Assembly (NCBI GenBank): GCA_963736855.1 | Contig: CAVTQK010000015.1 | Coordinates: 727,345 to 791,344 of the forward strand | Reading direction: 5' to 3' | Origin: an uncultured delta proteobacterium | GTDB lineage: Bacteria > Desulfobacterota > Desulfobacteria > Desulfobacterales > UBA2156 | Length of the DNA: 64,000 bases | In this document: positions 8,878 to 20,663 of the stretch, piece by piece | Position numbering within the stretch: position 1 is the stretch's first letter | Layout: each line of letters starts with the position of its first letter | Notes under the pieces: model-generated | What the model was told of the DNA's origin: nothing | Seen by the model: the letters and a program-made list of their open reading frames with translations, nothing else | The model's database searches: none | Made by a program: the position numbers and the translations under genes

Positions 8878-11042
8878 AGGGACTCCAGCACGGCGAGGAG
8901 GAACTGGATCCAGCCGCCCACGGAGAGCGCCATCCGCGTCGCCGGGCCGCGGTGCGCCTCGCGGGTGCGCCCGTCGTCGAGCTTGTTCAGGTCGAGGAGG
9001 ACCTTCCGCTCCCCGTCGAGCTGGGCCGAGCGGACCTTCACCGGACGGATGAGCTCCCAGCGGCCCCAGCGCTCGGCGGCCGGCCAGTCGAGCCGCTCCT
9101 CCGTCCCGTCCTCGAAGGTGACCACCACCACCTGCGGAACCGCGGCCCCCTGGCGCCGGGCCGCGATCACGTTGCGCCAGGGGAAGGGGCCCGGCTTGCC
9201 GGGGGCCGGCTGGCCGTGCTCCTTCGTCCAGGCCGCGCGGGCCTCCTCGACCGCCTTCCCGCGACCCGTCGCGGTGACCTCCTCGCGCTTGCCCTCCTTC
9301 TCCTGGAATCCGAGCGGGGGAACCAGCTCCTCGGCCTCGACCGCCACGATCCGGTCGTCCACCGGCCCGTTCGCGAAGACCTGCTCCTCGAACCATCGCT
9401 CGACGAGCGCGCGGTCCGCCCCGGCGTCGACGAAGGCCTCGCGCAGGTCGGCCGTGCCCGGGTGCCGGAAGCGCCAGCGCTCGAAGTAGAGCTTCATGGC
9501 CTTCTCGAAGAGCGGCGTGCCGAGCACCTGCTCGAGATCGTGGAAGACGAGTGCGGTGCGGGCGTAGACGAGGCCGTAGCTCCCGCTCGACCAGCGCTTC
9601 CAGGAGTTGCCAGCGATGGGATCGGCCTGGTGACGGGAGGTGCCCGCGCCCCGCTCCATGTCCCAGGCGTCGAGCTGCGGGAGCCGGAAGCCCATCCAGC
9701 GCGCCAGCGCCGGCAGCCGGAGCCGGTATCCCTCCGCGGCCAGCATGCGCGCGCTCCAGAGCTGGGTCATCCCCTCGTCGAGGAAGGGCTCCTCGAACTC
9801 GTTCGAGGCCAGGATTCCCATGAAGTAGCCGTGGCCGAATTCGTGGACGGTGGTGAAGCGGGTCATTCCGCCGGCGTTCACCGGGAACTCGTTCGATCCG
9901 ATGGTGGTGAAGAAGGTCTCGTACTCCATGCCGCCCGCCTCGGCGGCGTTGAAGGGCGGGACGAGGACGGTGAGGTGGCGGTACGGGTACGGACCGAGGG
10001 TCCGGGAGAAGTATGCGAGGGCGTCGGTGGTCGCCTGCAGGGCCTCCCGGGCCGAGCGCTCGAACTCGGGTGGGTACCAGACCTCCACCTTCACCCCCGG
10101 GCTACCCGGGCCCGTCCAGGTGGCCCTGAGCGGCTCGGCGAATCCGTCCCAGGCGGTGAAGACCACGTCGTGGACGTCCTCCGCGCGGAATCGCCAGGAG
10201 ACGCCGCCGGGTCCCTTCTCCGGGCTTCCCACCGGAACGCCGCTGGCCGCCACCCGGTAGCCCTCGGGCACCACCACCTCGAGGTCGTAGGCGCCGAAGT
10301 CGGCGTAGAACTCGCTGTTCAGGTGATACTCGTGGACGTTCCACCGGGGGCGGGTGGCGCCGCGCTCGCCGGGCAGCTCGAGGACCCCGATCTTCGGGTA
10401 CCACTGGCCGGCGAGGTGAAACCTGTCGAACCACCCCGAACGCGCAACCAGCCGGGGGAGCTTTCCGAGGAAGTCGATCCCGAGCGTCGTGGAGCCGCCC
10501 GGCGGCACCGCCTCGGGAAGGTCCACCCGCACCACGGTGTGGTCGGTCTCCGGGCCGCCGTCGGGGTGGACGAACGTCCAGGAGGCCGGGCGGCCACCCT
10601 GCTCGACGCGCCGCAGCTCGATGTAGCCCCACCCTCCGTCGCCGGTCGCGACGTCGCCGCGGAACCCGCCATACCGGCGCCTCTCCTGCATGAACGTGGA
10701 GCCCTCCGACTCGAAGGCGTTCAGGTAGAGGTGGAGGTAGATGCTCCGGATCGGGATCGCGCTCCGGTTGCGCCAGGTGAGCCTCTCCGTCCCGGTGATG
10801 GTGTGCTCGACCGGGTCGAGGACGGCGCGGATGTCGTGGTCGGCGACCCGATCGGAGAGTGTCGGCTCCTGGCCGGTGCGCGGACCGCCCCAGGCTCCAG
10901 GAGCGCTCGGGACCTGGACCGCTCCGGCGTCGGCTCCGGCGAGCTCGACCTCGCCCGGCGATGGAGAAATCGTTTCTGCCGCGGGAGTTGCCGGGAGCAG
11001 CAGGATCGCGATCGCCAGGGCGGCCGTCCGCATTCCCCCCAT
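8874..11042 (-). CDS. M1-family zinc metallopeptidase, secreted
   Basis: Signal peptide, 'GGMEY', 'VHEFGH...FLDEG' (HEXXH-x18-E), 'QWYPK'. Confidence 0.92.
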   Translation of the reverse strand: MGGMRTAALAIAILLLPATPAAETISPSPGEVELAGADAGAVQVPSAPGAWGGPRTGQEPTLSDRVADHDIRAVLDPVEHTITGTERLTWRNRSAIPIRSIYLHLYLNAFESEGSTFMQERRRYGGFRGDVATGDGGWGYIELRRVEQGGRPASWTFVHPDGGPETDHTVVRVDLPEAVPPGGSTTLGIDFLGKLPRLVARSGWFDRFHLAGQWYPKIGVLELPGERGATRPRWNVHEYHLNSEFYADFGAYDLEVVVPEGYRVAASGVPVGSPEKGPGGVSWRFRAEDVHDVVFTAWDGFAEPLRATWTGPGSPGVKVEVWYPPEFERSAREALQATTDALAYFSRTLGPYPYRHLTVLVPPFNAAEAGGMEYETFFTTIGSNEFPVNAGGMTRFTTVHEFGHGYFMGILASNEFEEPFLDEGMTQLWSARMLAAEGYRLRLPALARWMGFRLPQLDAWDMERGAGTSRHQADPIAGNSWKRWSSGSYGLVYARTALVFHDLEQVLGTPLFEKAMKLYFERWRFRHPGTADLREAFVDAGADRALVERWFEEQVFANGPVDDRIVAVEAEELVPPLGFQEKEGKREEVTATGRGKAVEEARAAWTKEHGQPAPGKPGPFPWRNVIAARRQGAAVPQVVVVTFEDGTEERLDWPAAERWGRWELIRPVKVRSAQLDGERKVLLDLNKLDDGRTREAHRGPATRMALSVGGWIQFLLAVLESL

Positions 11043-11092
11043 TACCCCGATGTGGCCTTTCGCTGCCAGCCTCGGGGTCCTAAGTCCCCGCC

Positions 11093-11818
11093 ATGCTCAC
11101 CATCCGACGCGCCGAGGACCGGGGCCGGTTCGATCACGGCTGGCTCGACACCCGCCACACCTTCTCCTTCGCCGGCTACCGCGACGAGCGCTTCATGGGC
11201 TTCTCCGACCTCCGGGTCATCAACGAGGACCGGGTGAAGGCCGGACAGGGCTTCGGCACCCACGGCCACCGGGACATGGAGATCCTCTCCTACGTGCTCG
11301 AGGGGGAGCTCGGCCACCGCGACTCGATGGGCAACGGTTCCACCATCCGTCCTGGCGAGGTGCAGCGCATGAGCGCGGGGACGGGGGTGACGCACAGCGA
11401 GATGAATCCTTCGCCCGACGAGCCGGTCCACTTCCTCCAGATCTGGATCCTGCCCGCACGGGAAGGCATCCGCCCGGGATACGAGCAGCGCGCCTTCCCG
11501 GAGGCGGAACGCCGCGGGACGCTGCGTCTCCTCGCCTCCCCGGACGGACGCGCGGGCTCGGTGACCATCCACCAGGACGCGGCGATGTGGGGCGCGGTCC
11601 TGGCGCCGGGCGACCGGGTCCGCCACGAGATCCCGGCCGGACGGGTGGCCTGGGTCCAGGTGGCGCGGGGCGAGGTCTCCGTGAACGGGGAGTCGCTCCG
11701 GGCCGGCGACGGCCTCGCCGCGGTGGACGAGGGCGCGCTCGAGATCCTGGGCGGCGGGAGCGCGGACGCCGACGTGCTGGTCTTCGACCTGGCCGCAAAC
11801 CCGGACACTAGCGGCTAG
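11093..11818 (+). CDS. Pirin-family protein (YhhW-like)
   Basis: 'HGWLDTRHTFSF', 'GFGTHGHRDMEI', 'HRDSMGN', 'HSEMN', 'FLQIW'. Confidence 0.95.
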   Translation: MLTIRRAEDRGRFDHGWLDTRHTFSFAGYRDERFMGFSDLRVINEDRVKAGQGFGTHGHRDMEILSYVLEGELGHRDSMGNGSTIRPGEVQRMSAGTGVTHSEMNPSPDEPVHFLQIWILPAREGIRPGYEQRAFPEAERRGTLRLLASPDGRAGSVTIHQDAAMWGAVLAPGDRVRHEIPAGRVAWVQVARGEVSVNGESLRAGDGLAAVDEGALEILGGGSADADVLVFDLAANPDTSG

Positions 11819-11827
11819 AATGGCGCG

Positions 11828-12712
11828 GTGCGCCAGGTCCCGAAGCCCGCTTACGAGCCCAGGAACTGGGAGGAGGTCCCTTGCCCGTTCTGCGGCTCGC
11901 GGAGGGCGCGCCTCTACGAGCGGTTCGGCTGGAAGCTGCGCTTCACCTACCAGCACTGCCTCGACTGCGGGCTCGTCTACCAGTCGCCGCGTCCCCGCTA
12001 CGACGAGGACTTCGTCCGCGCCGCCTACGGGGACTACTTCGCCTTCTCGGAGGACTTCCGCCCCGGCGATCCGGTGAACCACGCCACCCAGGCCAACTGG
12101 GAGGAGCTGGTCGCCGAGATGGTGACCTTCGACACGCGGCGCAGCGCGGTCCTCGACGTGGGCTCGTGCATGGGGAACTTCCTGCTCGCCGCGCGCCCGC
12201 ACTGGAAGCGGGTGGAGGGGGTGGAGGTCTCCGAGAAGATGCGGGCCTTCGTGGAGCGCGAGATCGGCGTCCCGGTCCACGGCGTGCCCTTCGAGGCCCT
12301 GCGCACCCAGGAACGCTTCTCCTGCATCCACATGAGCCACGTCATCGAGCACGTGCCCGACCCGGCTGCCTGGCTGGTCCGCGCGCGGGAACTGCTCCTC
12401 CCGGGCGGCCTGCTCGTCATCGCCGTCCCCAACATGTTCTCCCTCGACCGGCGCTGGCAGCTCGCCCTGAAGCGGGCCGGGCTGCGGCGGGGGGAGTGGA
12501 AGAACCCGGCCAAGACCCCCGACCACCTCTTCGAGCCCACCATCCCGTCGATGCTGCGCTTCCTCGACGCCCACGGGTTCGAGGTGGTCTCGCGCTACAC
12601 GTACAGCCGGTCGGACGAGACCTCCCGGAAGCCCTTCAACCGGCTCTACCGCCGCCGCCTCCTCCTGGGATCGAACGCTCGCTTCTACGCACGTCGCCGG
12701 GCCGGTGTATAA
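11828..12712 (+). CDS. Class I SAM-dependent methyltransferase with N-terminal Cys4 ribbon
   Basis: CPFC/CLDC, 'VLDVGSCMG', 'HVIEHVPDP', 'PGGLLVIAVPN'. Confidence 0.85.
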   Translation: MRQVPKPAYEPRNWEEVPCPFCGSRRARLYERFGWKLRFTYQHCLDCGLVYQSPRPRYDEDFVRAAYGDYFAFSEDFRPGDPVNHATQANWEELVAEMVTFDTRRSAVLDVGSCMGNFLLAARPHWKRVEGVEVSEKMRAFVEREIGVPVHGVPFEALRTQERFSCIHMSHVIEHVPDPAAWLVRARELLLPGGLLVIAVPNMFSLDRRWQLALKRAGLRRGEWKNPAKTPDHLFEPTIPSMLRFLDAHGFEVVSRYTYSRSDETSRKPFNRLYRRRLLLGSNARFYARRRAGV

Positions 12713-12741
12713 GGACCCGATTCGTCACGCCTTCCGAGAGG

Positions 12742-13918
12742 ATGACCATGCGCCGCGCCCTTCTCCCGTTCCGCTCCGTCCCGTCCCTGGCCCTGCTCGC
12801 GGCCCTCTCCCTGGCGGCCTGCTCCAAGGAGAAGGCGCCCGCCGCGCTGCCACCGCCGGAGATCCCGGTGGTCACGGTGACCGCGAAGGACACGCCGCTG
12901 GAGTTCGACCTGGTGGCGCAGCTGCGCGGACTCGAGGACGTGGAGATCCGGGCCCGCGTCGAGGGGTATCTCGAGACCATCGACTACGTGGAAGGCTCGA
13001 CGGTCCAGAAGGGGAAGCTGCTCTTCACCATCGACGACCAGCAGTACGTCGCCGCGCTGGCCCAGGCCCAGGCCACCCTGGCGGCCGGCCAGACCCAGTT
13101 CGACAAGGGCGACCTGGACGTGAAGCGCTTCACGCCGCTGGTCGCCGAGCGGGCCGTGAGCCAGGCCGAGCTCGACAACGCCATCTCGGCCCGGAAGTCC
13201 GGTGCCGCCCAGGTGGAGGCCGGCAAGGCCAACCTCGAGAGGGCGCGCCTCAACCTCTCCTACACGCGCATCTCCTCGCCCATCACCGGGCTCGTCGGCA
13301 AGGCCGAGCACAAGGTGGGCGACCTCGTGGGCAAGGGCGAGCCGACGCTGCTCACCACGGTCTCCTCCATCGACCCCATCCGCGTCAGCGTCGCCATCCC
13401 CGAGGCCGACTACCTCCGGTTCGCCCGCTCGGTGGGGGACGCCAAGGCAGAGGCCGCGAAGAGCCCACCCGTCCTCATCCTCTCCGACGGCACCCAGCAT
13501 CCCTACCCGGGCAAGCTCATCTTCGTCGACCGCGCCGTCGACACGCAGACCGGGACCCTCCGCGTGGACCTCGCCTTCCCCAACCCCAGGAGGACGCTCC
13601 GCCCCGGGCTCTACGGCAAGGTGAAGGCCGAGTCGGAGGTGGTGAAGAACGCGCTGCTCGTCCCGCAGCGCGCGGTGCAGGAGTTGCAGGGCACCTACAC
13701 GGTCGTCGTGGTCGGCGAAGGCGACAAGGTCGAGACGCGCAAGGTGACCCCCGGCCAGAAGGTCGGCAGCCAGTGGATCATCCAGGAAGGGCTGAAGGGC
13801 GGCGAGCGGGTGGTCGTGGAGGGATTCCAGCGGCTGCGCGACGGGATGACGGTGGTCCCGAAGCTGGCCGATGCGGCAGCCGCCCGCCGCGAGCCCCGCG
13901 CCGGCCGGAGGGAAGTAG
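12742..13918 (+). CDS. RND efflux periplasmic adaptor (MFP) lipoprotein
   Basis: Lipobox 'LAAC', 'VEIRARVEGYL', 'LNLSYTRISSPITG', 'VDTQTGTL', 'LLVPQRAV'; indel near the C-terminus. Confidence 0.92.
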
Positions 13919-13921
13919 GTC

Positions 13922-16900
13922 ATGGGCAGCTTCTTCATCCGCCGCCCGATCGTGGCGATGGTGATCTCCATCGTCATGGTCATCATGGGCGCGGTGGCCA
14001 TCACCCGGCTGCCGATCGCCCAGTTCCCCGACATCACGCCTCCGCTCATCCAGGTCACCACGACCTACACCGGCGCCAGCGCGCTCGACGTGGAGTCGTC
14101 GGTGGCGGCGCCCGTCGAGCAGCAGGTGAACGGCGTCGACAACATGATCTACATGAAGTCGACGAACGCCAACGACGGCACCTACAACCTGCAGGTGTCG
14201 TTCGAGGTCGGGGCCGACCTCGACATGTCGAACGTGCTCGTCCAGAACCGCGTCTCGCAGGCCAAGGCCTCCCTGCCGCCGGACGTGAAGACCTACGGCG
14301 TCACCGTCAAGAAGTCGCTCAACTTCCCGCTCATGCTGGTGACGCTCACCTCCCCGTCGGGAGCCTTCGACAACAACTTCCTGTCGAACTACGCGGTCAT
14401 CAACATCAACGACCAGCTGAAGCGCATCTCCGGCGTCGGCGACATCGTCCTGTTCGGCGGCTCCGACTACGCCATGCGCATCTGGGTGCGCCCCGACCGC
14501 CTGAAGACGCTCGGGCTCACGGTGGCGGACCTGTCCAACGCCGTGAAGCAGCAGAACGTGCTGCTCCCGGCCGGCCAGATCGGCGGCCCGCCTGCCCCGA
14601 AGGGCACCGAGTTCACCTACGTCGTCCGCACCAAGGGGCGCCTCCTCGACGCGGAGGAGTTCGGCCAGATCGTGGTGCGCTCCAACCCGGACGGCTCGCA
14701 GGTGCGGCTCAGGGACGTGGCCCGGATCGACCTGGGCTCGGTGCTCTACAACTCGATGGGCCGGCTCGACGGGAAGCCCGCCGCCGTCATCGCCGTCTAC
14801 CAGGCGCCCGGCTCGAACGCGCTGGCCGTATCCGAGACCGTGAAGAAGACCGCCGACGAGCTGGCCACGCGCTTCCCACCCGGCGTGAAGCACCAGATCA
14901 CCCTCGACACCACGCTCGCCATCACCGCCGGCATCGAGGAGATCCTCCACACGCTCCTGGAGGCGGTGCTGCTCGTCATCCTGGTGGTCTTCGTCTTCCT
15001 GCAGAACTGGCGCGCCACGCTCATCCCGCTGCTCACCGTGCCGGTGGCCCTCATCGGCACCTTCATGATCTTCCCGCTGCTCGGCTTCTCGGTGAACACG
15101 CTGTCGCTGCTGGGCCTCGTGCTCGCCATCGGCATCGTGGTCGACGACGCCATCGTGGTGGTCGAGGCGGTCATGCACCACATCGAGCACGGCATGTCGC
15201 CCAAGGAGGCGACCGCCCAGGCCATGAAGGAGGTCTCCGGGCCGGTCATCGCCATCGCGCTGGTGCTCACGGCCGTGTTCGTGCCGGTGGCCTTCATCAG
15301 CGGCATCTCCGGCCAGCTCTACCAGCAGTTCGCCATCACCATCGCGGTCTCGGTGATGTTCTCGGCGGTGAACGCGCTCACGCTCTCGCCGGCGCTGGCG
15401 TCGCTCCTGCTCAAGCCCAAGGGGGGGAAGCGCTCCTTCCTGCAGCCCTTCTACGACGGCTTCAACAAGGTCTTCGACAAGTTCACCGGCGGCTACATGT
15501 CGATCACCTCCATCCTGGTGCGGAAGCTCTTCCGGAGCGCCGTGCTGGTGGCGATCTTCGCCGTCCTCGCCGTCGTCATCGCCGGCCGCATCCCCGGCGG
15601 GTTCATCCCGGACGAGGACAACGGCTACTTCCTGGCGGCCCTGCAGCTTCCCGACGCGTCCTCCCTCGAGCGCACCGACGCGGCGGCGAAGAAGGTCGAG
15701 TCCATCCTGATGAAGCACCCGGCGGTGGCCTACACGACCACCATCTCCGGCTACAGCATGCTGTCGGGCGCCTACGCCTCCAACACCGGCTTCTTCTTCG
15801 TCTCCATGAAGCCCTGGGAGGAGCGCAAGTCGAAGGAGGAGCGCGTCTTCGAGGTCATGCGCGCCCTCAACGCCCAGTTCGCCCGAGAGGTGCCGGAGGC
15901 GACCGCCTTCGCCTTCGGACCGCCCCCCATCCCCGGCCTGGGCACCGGCTCCGGCTTCTCCTTCATGCTCCAGGACCGGAGCGGCGGCACGCCCGAGTAC
16001 CTGTCGCAGAACCTCGGCAAGTTCATGGCGGCGGTGAAGAAGCGCCCCGAGATCGGCATGGCGAACTCCATCTACCGTGCAGCCGTTCCGCAGATCTTCG
16101 CCGACGTGGATCGGGACAAGGTGCTCAAGCTCGGCGTCCCGCTCTCCGACGTCCTCACCACCATGGGGTCGTACCTGGGCGGCAACTACATCAACGACTT
16201 CAACCGGTTCGGGCGCGTCTACAAGGTGTTCCTGCAGGCCGAGCCGGAGTACCGGACGAAGGTGAAGGACCTGGGGCTCTTCTACGTCCGCGGGCCGAAG
16301 GGCGACATGATCCCGCTCGACACGCTCCTGTCCACGAGCCCCACCTCCGGCCCCGAGTTCACGAACCGCTTCAACCTCTTCCGGTCCGCCGAGGTGACGG
16401 GCATCCCGGCCCCCGGTTACAGCTCGGCGCAGGCCATGAAGGCGCTCGAGGAGGTCGCGGCCGAGGTGCTGCCCAAGGACATGGGCTACCAGTGGTCCAA
16501 CGTCTCGTACCAGGAGAAGAAGGCGGAGGGCACCGCCGCCATCGTCTTCGTCTTCGCCATGATCATGGTGTTCCTCATCCTGGCGGCCCAGTACGAGAGC
16601 TGGTCGCTGCCGATGAGCGTGCTGCTGGGCACGCCCTTCGCCGCCTTCGGCGCATTCCTGGGGCTGTGGCTGGCCCGCTTCACGAGCGACAGCTACGTGA
16701 ACAACATCTTCGCCCAGATCGGCCTCATCATGCTGGTGGGGCTCGCCGCCAAGAACGCCATCCTCATCGTCGAGTTCGCCAAGATGAACGTGGAGAAGGG
16801 GATGGAGCCGGTGGAGGCCGCCCTCGAACGCGGCCAAGCTCCGCCTGCGCCCCATCCTCATGACCGCCTTCGCCTTCATCCTCGGCGTGCTCCCGCTGGT

Positions 16901-17096
16901 GCGCGCGGCCGGCGCCGGCGCGGAGAGCCGCAAGGTGATGGGCATGGCGGTCTTCGCCGGCATGCTCGTCGCCACCTTCCTGGCGGTCTTCCTCGTCCCG
17001 GCGCTCTTCGTCATGATCGAGAAGATGGGCGGCAAGCGCCACAAGCCCGTTCCCGCCGCCGGGGAAGTCCCCCCGGCCGCCCCCGCCTCCCACTAG
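13922..17096 (+). CDS. HAE1-family RND efflux permease (frameshift ~16830)
   Basis: 'FFIRRPI', 'AIGIVVDDAIVVVE', 'LTLSPAL', 'GLAAKNAILIVEFA', 'RLRPILMT'. Confidence 0.95.
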
Positions 17097-17106
17097 GAGC
17101 GACACC

Positions 17107-18550
17107 GTGACGAGAACCCTCGCCGCCGTCTCCCTCCTCGCCTTCTCCGCCTGCGCCGTGGGGCCGAAGTACCAGCGCCCCGAGACGGAGGTTCCCGACA
17201 CGCCTTCCGCTACACGCTCGGCCCGGCCGAGGCGGCCTCCATCGCCGACCTCGGCTGGTGGGAGATGTACCGGGACCCGATCCTCCAGGGGCTCATCGAG
17301 GAGGCCCTGCGCAGCAACCAGGACCTGCGCGTGGCCGCGGCGCGCGTCGACGCGTTCCGGGCGCAGGTGGGCGTCGCCGCCGCCGACTTCTATCCACAGG
17401 TCGGGCTCGGCGCCGCCGGCGGCTACGGCCAGCAGTCGGCCAAGAACTACGTCCCGGGCCAGGGGCCCTCGGGGGCCTTCGCGGTGAACCTGGGCATGTC
17501 CTGGGAGCTCGACATCTGGGGGCGCGTTCGCAACGCCACCGACGCCGCCCGGGCCGAGCTCATGGCCACCGAGGAGTTCCGGCGCGGCGTGGTCCTCACG
17601 CTGGTCGCCGACGTGGCCCAGACCTACGCCGAGCTCATGGAGCTCGACGTCGAGCTGGAGGTGGCGCAGCGGAACACCGTCACCCGCCAGGGCACCCTCG
17701 ACCTCTTCACCAAGCGCTCGCAGGGCGGCGTGGGCAACGACCTGGAGGTGAACCAGGCCCGGGCCGACCTGGCCGTGACCGCCGCCGCCATCCCGGCCAC
17801 CGAGCGGCTCATCGCGCTGAAGGAGAGCCAGATGGCGGTCCTCCTGGGCCGGCCGCCCGGGCCCATTCCTCGGGCCAAGGCGCCGGTCCAGCAGGTCGCG
17901 CCCGTGCTCCCCATGGGCGTGCCGGCGGCTCTTCTCGAGCGGCGCCCCGACATCCGCCGCGCCGAGAGCCGGGCCATGGCGGCGACGAGCAACGTGGGCG
18001 TGGCCGTCGCCAACCGGCTCCCCAAGCTCTCGCTCGAGGGCGTCATCGGCCTGGCCGGGCCCTCGCTCGCGACCACCTTCAGCCCCGAGGGACTCCTCTG
18101 GAGCGTCGGCGCCGGCCTGGTCGCCCCCATCTTCGAGGGCGGACGGCTCGCCTCCCAGGAGGAGGCGGCCTGGGCCGTCCTCGACGAGAACGTGGCGCTG
18201 CTACCGGCAGCAGGTCATCACGGCGTGGCGCGAGGTGAGCGACGCCGCGGTGAGCGTGCGCAAGCTCGGCGAGGTCGCCGTCCAGGCGGAGATCCAGGTC
18301 GTCGCGGCGAAGAACGCCGAGCACCTGGCGCGGCTGCGCTACGACGGCGGCGTGTCGAACTACCTCGAGGTGCTCGACGCACAGCGGTCGCTCTTCAACT
18401 CGGAGCTCGACGCTGGCCCAGACCAACCGGGACCAGCTGGTCGCCATGATCCAGCTCTACAAGGCGCTGGGGGGCGGCTGGCACGAGAAGGTGCCGGACG
18501 CCCCGGCGCGCAGACGGTTCCGGCCGGATGCTCCCCCGAAGGGATCCTAG
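17107..18550 (+). CDS. NodT/OprM-family outer membrane efflux lipoprotein (frameshifted)
   Basis: '[12 protein letters not shown]', 'WELDIWGR', '[12 protein letters not shown]', 'YLEVLDAQR', 'LYKALGGGW'. Confidence 0.92.
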
Positions 18551-19168
18551 GGCTCCAGGAAGCGGACCGGCCCGGTGGCGATGTCCGCCACCGCGCCGGC
18601 GAGCTGCAGCACGCCCTCGGCCTGCCGGGCCCGGGCCTCCGGCGTCTCCATGATCTGGCGCATCGTCCAGCGCACGTTCGGCCTCCACGCCGGCGCGGAG
18701 CTGCTCCTCGGGCGACGCCGCGGGGTCGATCCCCTCGAGCCCCGGCAGGAGGTTCTGGAGCAGCGCCTCGATCCGGCTTCGCTCGCGGCGCGCCGCGGAA
18801 CTTCACCTCCAGGGCCGCCTGGACCGCGCCGCAGCCCTCGTGCCCGAGGACCAGGAAGAGCGGCGTCCGCAGGTGAGCGCCGGCGTACTGGAAGCGTGCC
18901 GGCCACCTCCGGCGAGAGGACGTTGCCCGCGAGCCGCACGATGAAGAGCTCGCCGAAGCCGGCGTCGAAGAGGAGCTCCGGCGGCACGCGCGAGTCGCTG
19001 CAGCCGAGGATGGTGGCGTAGGGGCGCTGTCCCTTCGCCAGCGTCCGCGAGGACCTCCTTCTGCACGGTGGGGAAGCGCGCCTCCCCGCGGACGAAGCGG
19101 GCGTTCCCGGCGCGGAGCCGCTCGAGCGCCTCGGCGGCCGTGTAGGGGGCGGGGGAGTCGTGGCTCAT
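18547..19168 (-). CDS. Beta-class carbonic anhydrase (frameshifted)
   Basis: '[12 protein letters not shown]', '[16 protein letters not shown]', 'RLAGN', '[10 protein letters not shown]'. Confidence 0.9.
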
Positions 19169-19323
19169 GGGGCGGGTCTCCTCGGGATTCTGTATCACGG
19201 TGCGTGAGGTACCCGCACGGGCCAGCGGACCCTGGGGACCGGTCCGGGTCCCACTCGGGTCGGCCCGAGTTCTCCCTGTACGCCTCTGCGTCGAAGCCGT
19301 AGGCTTCCCGTCCGGAGGGGGCC

Positions 19324-20640
19324 ATGTTCTGGGTCGAGCTCGCCGTCGTCCTGGCGATGATCGTGATCGGGGCCCGCTACGGCGGCCTCGGCCTGGGAAT
19401 GATGGGCGGCCTGGGGGTCGCCATCCTCTCCTTCCTCCTCGGGGACCTCCCCTCCGATCCCCCGATCGAGGTCATGCTGATGATCGCGGCGGTGGTGACC
19501 GCGGCGGGCACCCTGCAGGCCGCCGGCGGCATGGACTACCTCGTCGACCTGGCCGAGAAGGCGCTCCGACGCCACCCGCCGGCGATCACCTTCGTGGCTC
19601 CGCTGGTGGCCTACGTCTTCACCCTCTTCGCCGGCACCGGGCACGTCGCCTACGCCATCCTCCCGGTCATCGCCGAGGTCTCCCGGCAGGCGGGGGTGCG
19701 CCCGGAGAGACCCCTCTCCATCTCGGTGATCGCCTCCCAGCAGGCCATCACCGCGAGCCCCATCTCGGCCGCCACGGTGGCCCTGCTCCTCCTGGTCTCC
19801 GGCGCGGGCATCACGCTCGGCGGCCTGATGGCCGTGTGCATCCCGGCCACGCTCGCCGGCGTCCTCGCCGGCGCGCTGGTGGCGAGCCGGCTGGGCAAGG
19901 ACCTCGACGAGGACCCCGAGTACCAGCGCCGGCTGGCCGCGGGCGAGGTCGAGGCCCCCGCCACGGAGGCCCGGCCCCCCGCGACCTGGAGGGCCAAGCT
20001 CTCGGTGGTCCTCTTCGTCGCCGGCGCCCTCGCCATCGTCCTCTTCGGATCGATCCCCTCCCTGCGACCCACCTTCGACGCGAAGGGGCTCGAGGTGCAG
20101 ATGGAGATGGCCGACGCCATCGAGATGCTGATGCTCTCGATCGCGGCGCTCATGGTCATCGTCTGCGGGGCGAAGCCGGAGAAGGTGGCCCACGGATCGG
20201 TCTTCCGGGCCGGCATGCAGGCGGTGATCGCCATCTTCGGCGTGGCCTGGATGGGCGACACCTTCTTCCGGGCCAACCAGGCGACGGTCCAGGGGCCGCT
20301 CACGGCCATGGTCCAGGGAGCGCCCTGGACCTTCGCCATCGCCCTCTTCGTGATGTCGATCCTGCTCTACAGCCAGGCCGCCACCGTCCGCACCCTGATG
20401 CCGCTCGGCATCACCGTGGGGATGCCCGGCTGGGCGCTGGCGGGCATGTTCCCGTCGGTGAACGGCTACTTCTTCCTGCCCAACTACCCCACGCTGGTGG
20501 CCGCCATCAACTTCGACCGCACCGGCACCACCCGCATCGGGAAGTGGCTCCTGAACCACAGCTTCATGCTTCCCGGGCTCGCCGCCTCCGTGGTCTCGGT
20601 GACGGTCGGGCTCCTGCTCGCACGCCTGTTCCTCGCCTAG
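19324..20640 (+). CDS. dcuA: Anaerobic C4-dicarboxylate/aspartate transporter, DcuA/DcuB family
   Basis: '[10 protein letters not shown]', 'GTGHVAY', 'RPERPL...[14 protein letters not shown]', '[11 protein letters not shown]...NHSFMLPG'; A versus B not resolved. Confidence 0.93.
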   Translation: MFWVELAVVLAMIVIGARYGGLGLGMMGGLGVAILSFLLGDLPSDPPIEVMLMIAAVVTAAGTLQAAGGMDYLVDLAEKALRRHPPAITFVAPLVAYVFTLFAGTGHVAYAILPVIAEVSRQAGVRPERPLSISVIASQQAITASPISAATVALLLLVSGAGITLGGLMAVCIPATLAGVLAGALVASRLGKDLDEDPEYQRRLAAGEVEAPATEARPPATWRAKLSVVLFVAGALAIVLFGSIPSLRPTFDAKGLEVQMEMADAIEMLMLSIAALMVIVCGAKPEKVAHGSVFRAGMQAVIAIFGVAWMGDTFFRANQATVQGPLTAMVQGAPWTFAIALFVMSILLYSQAATVRTLMPLGITVGMPGWALAGMFPSVNGYFFLPNYPTLVAAINFDRTGTTRIGKWLLNHSFMLPGLAASVVSVTVGLLLARLFLA

Positions 20641-20663
20641 GCGAGGCCCCCAAGGAGACGCAC

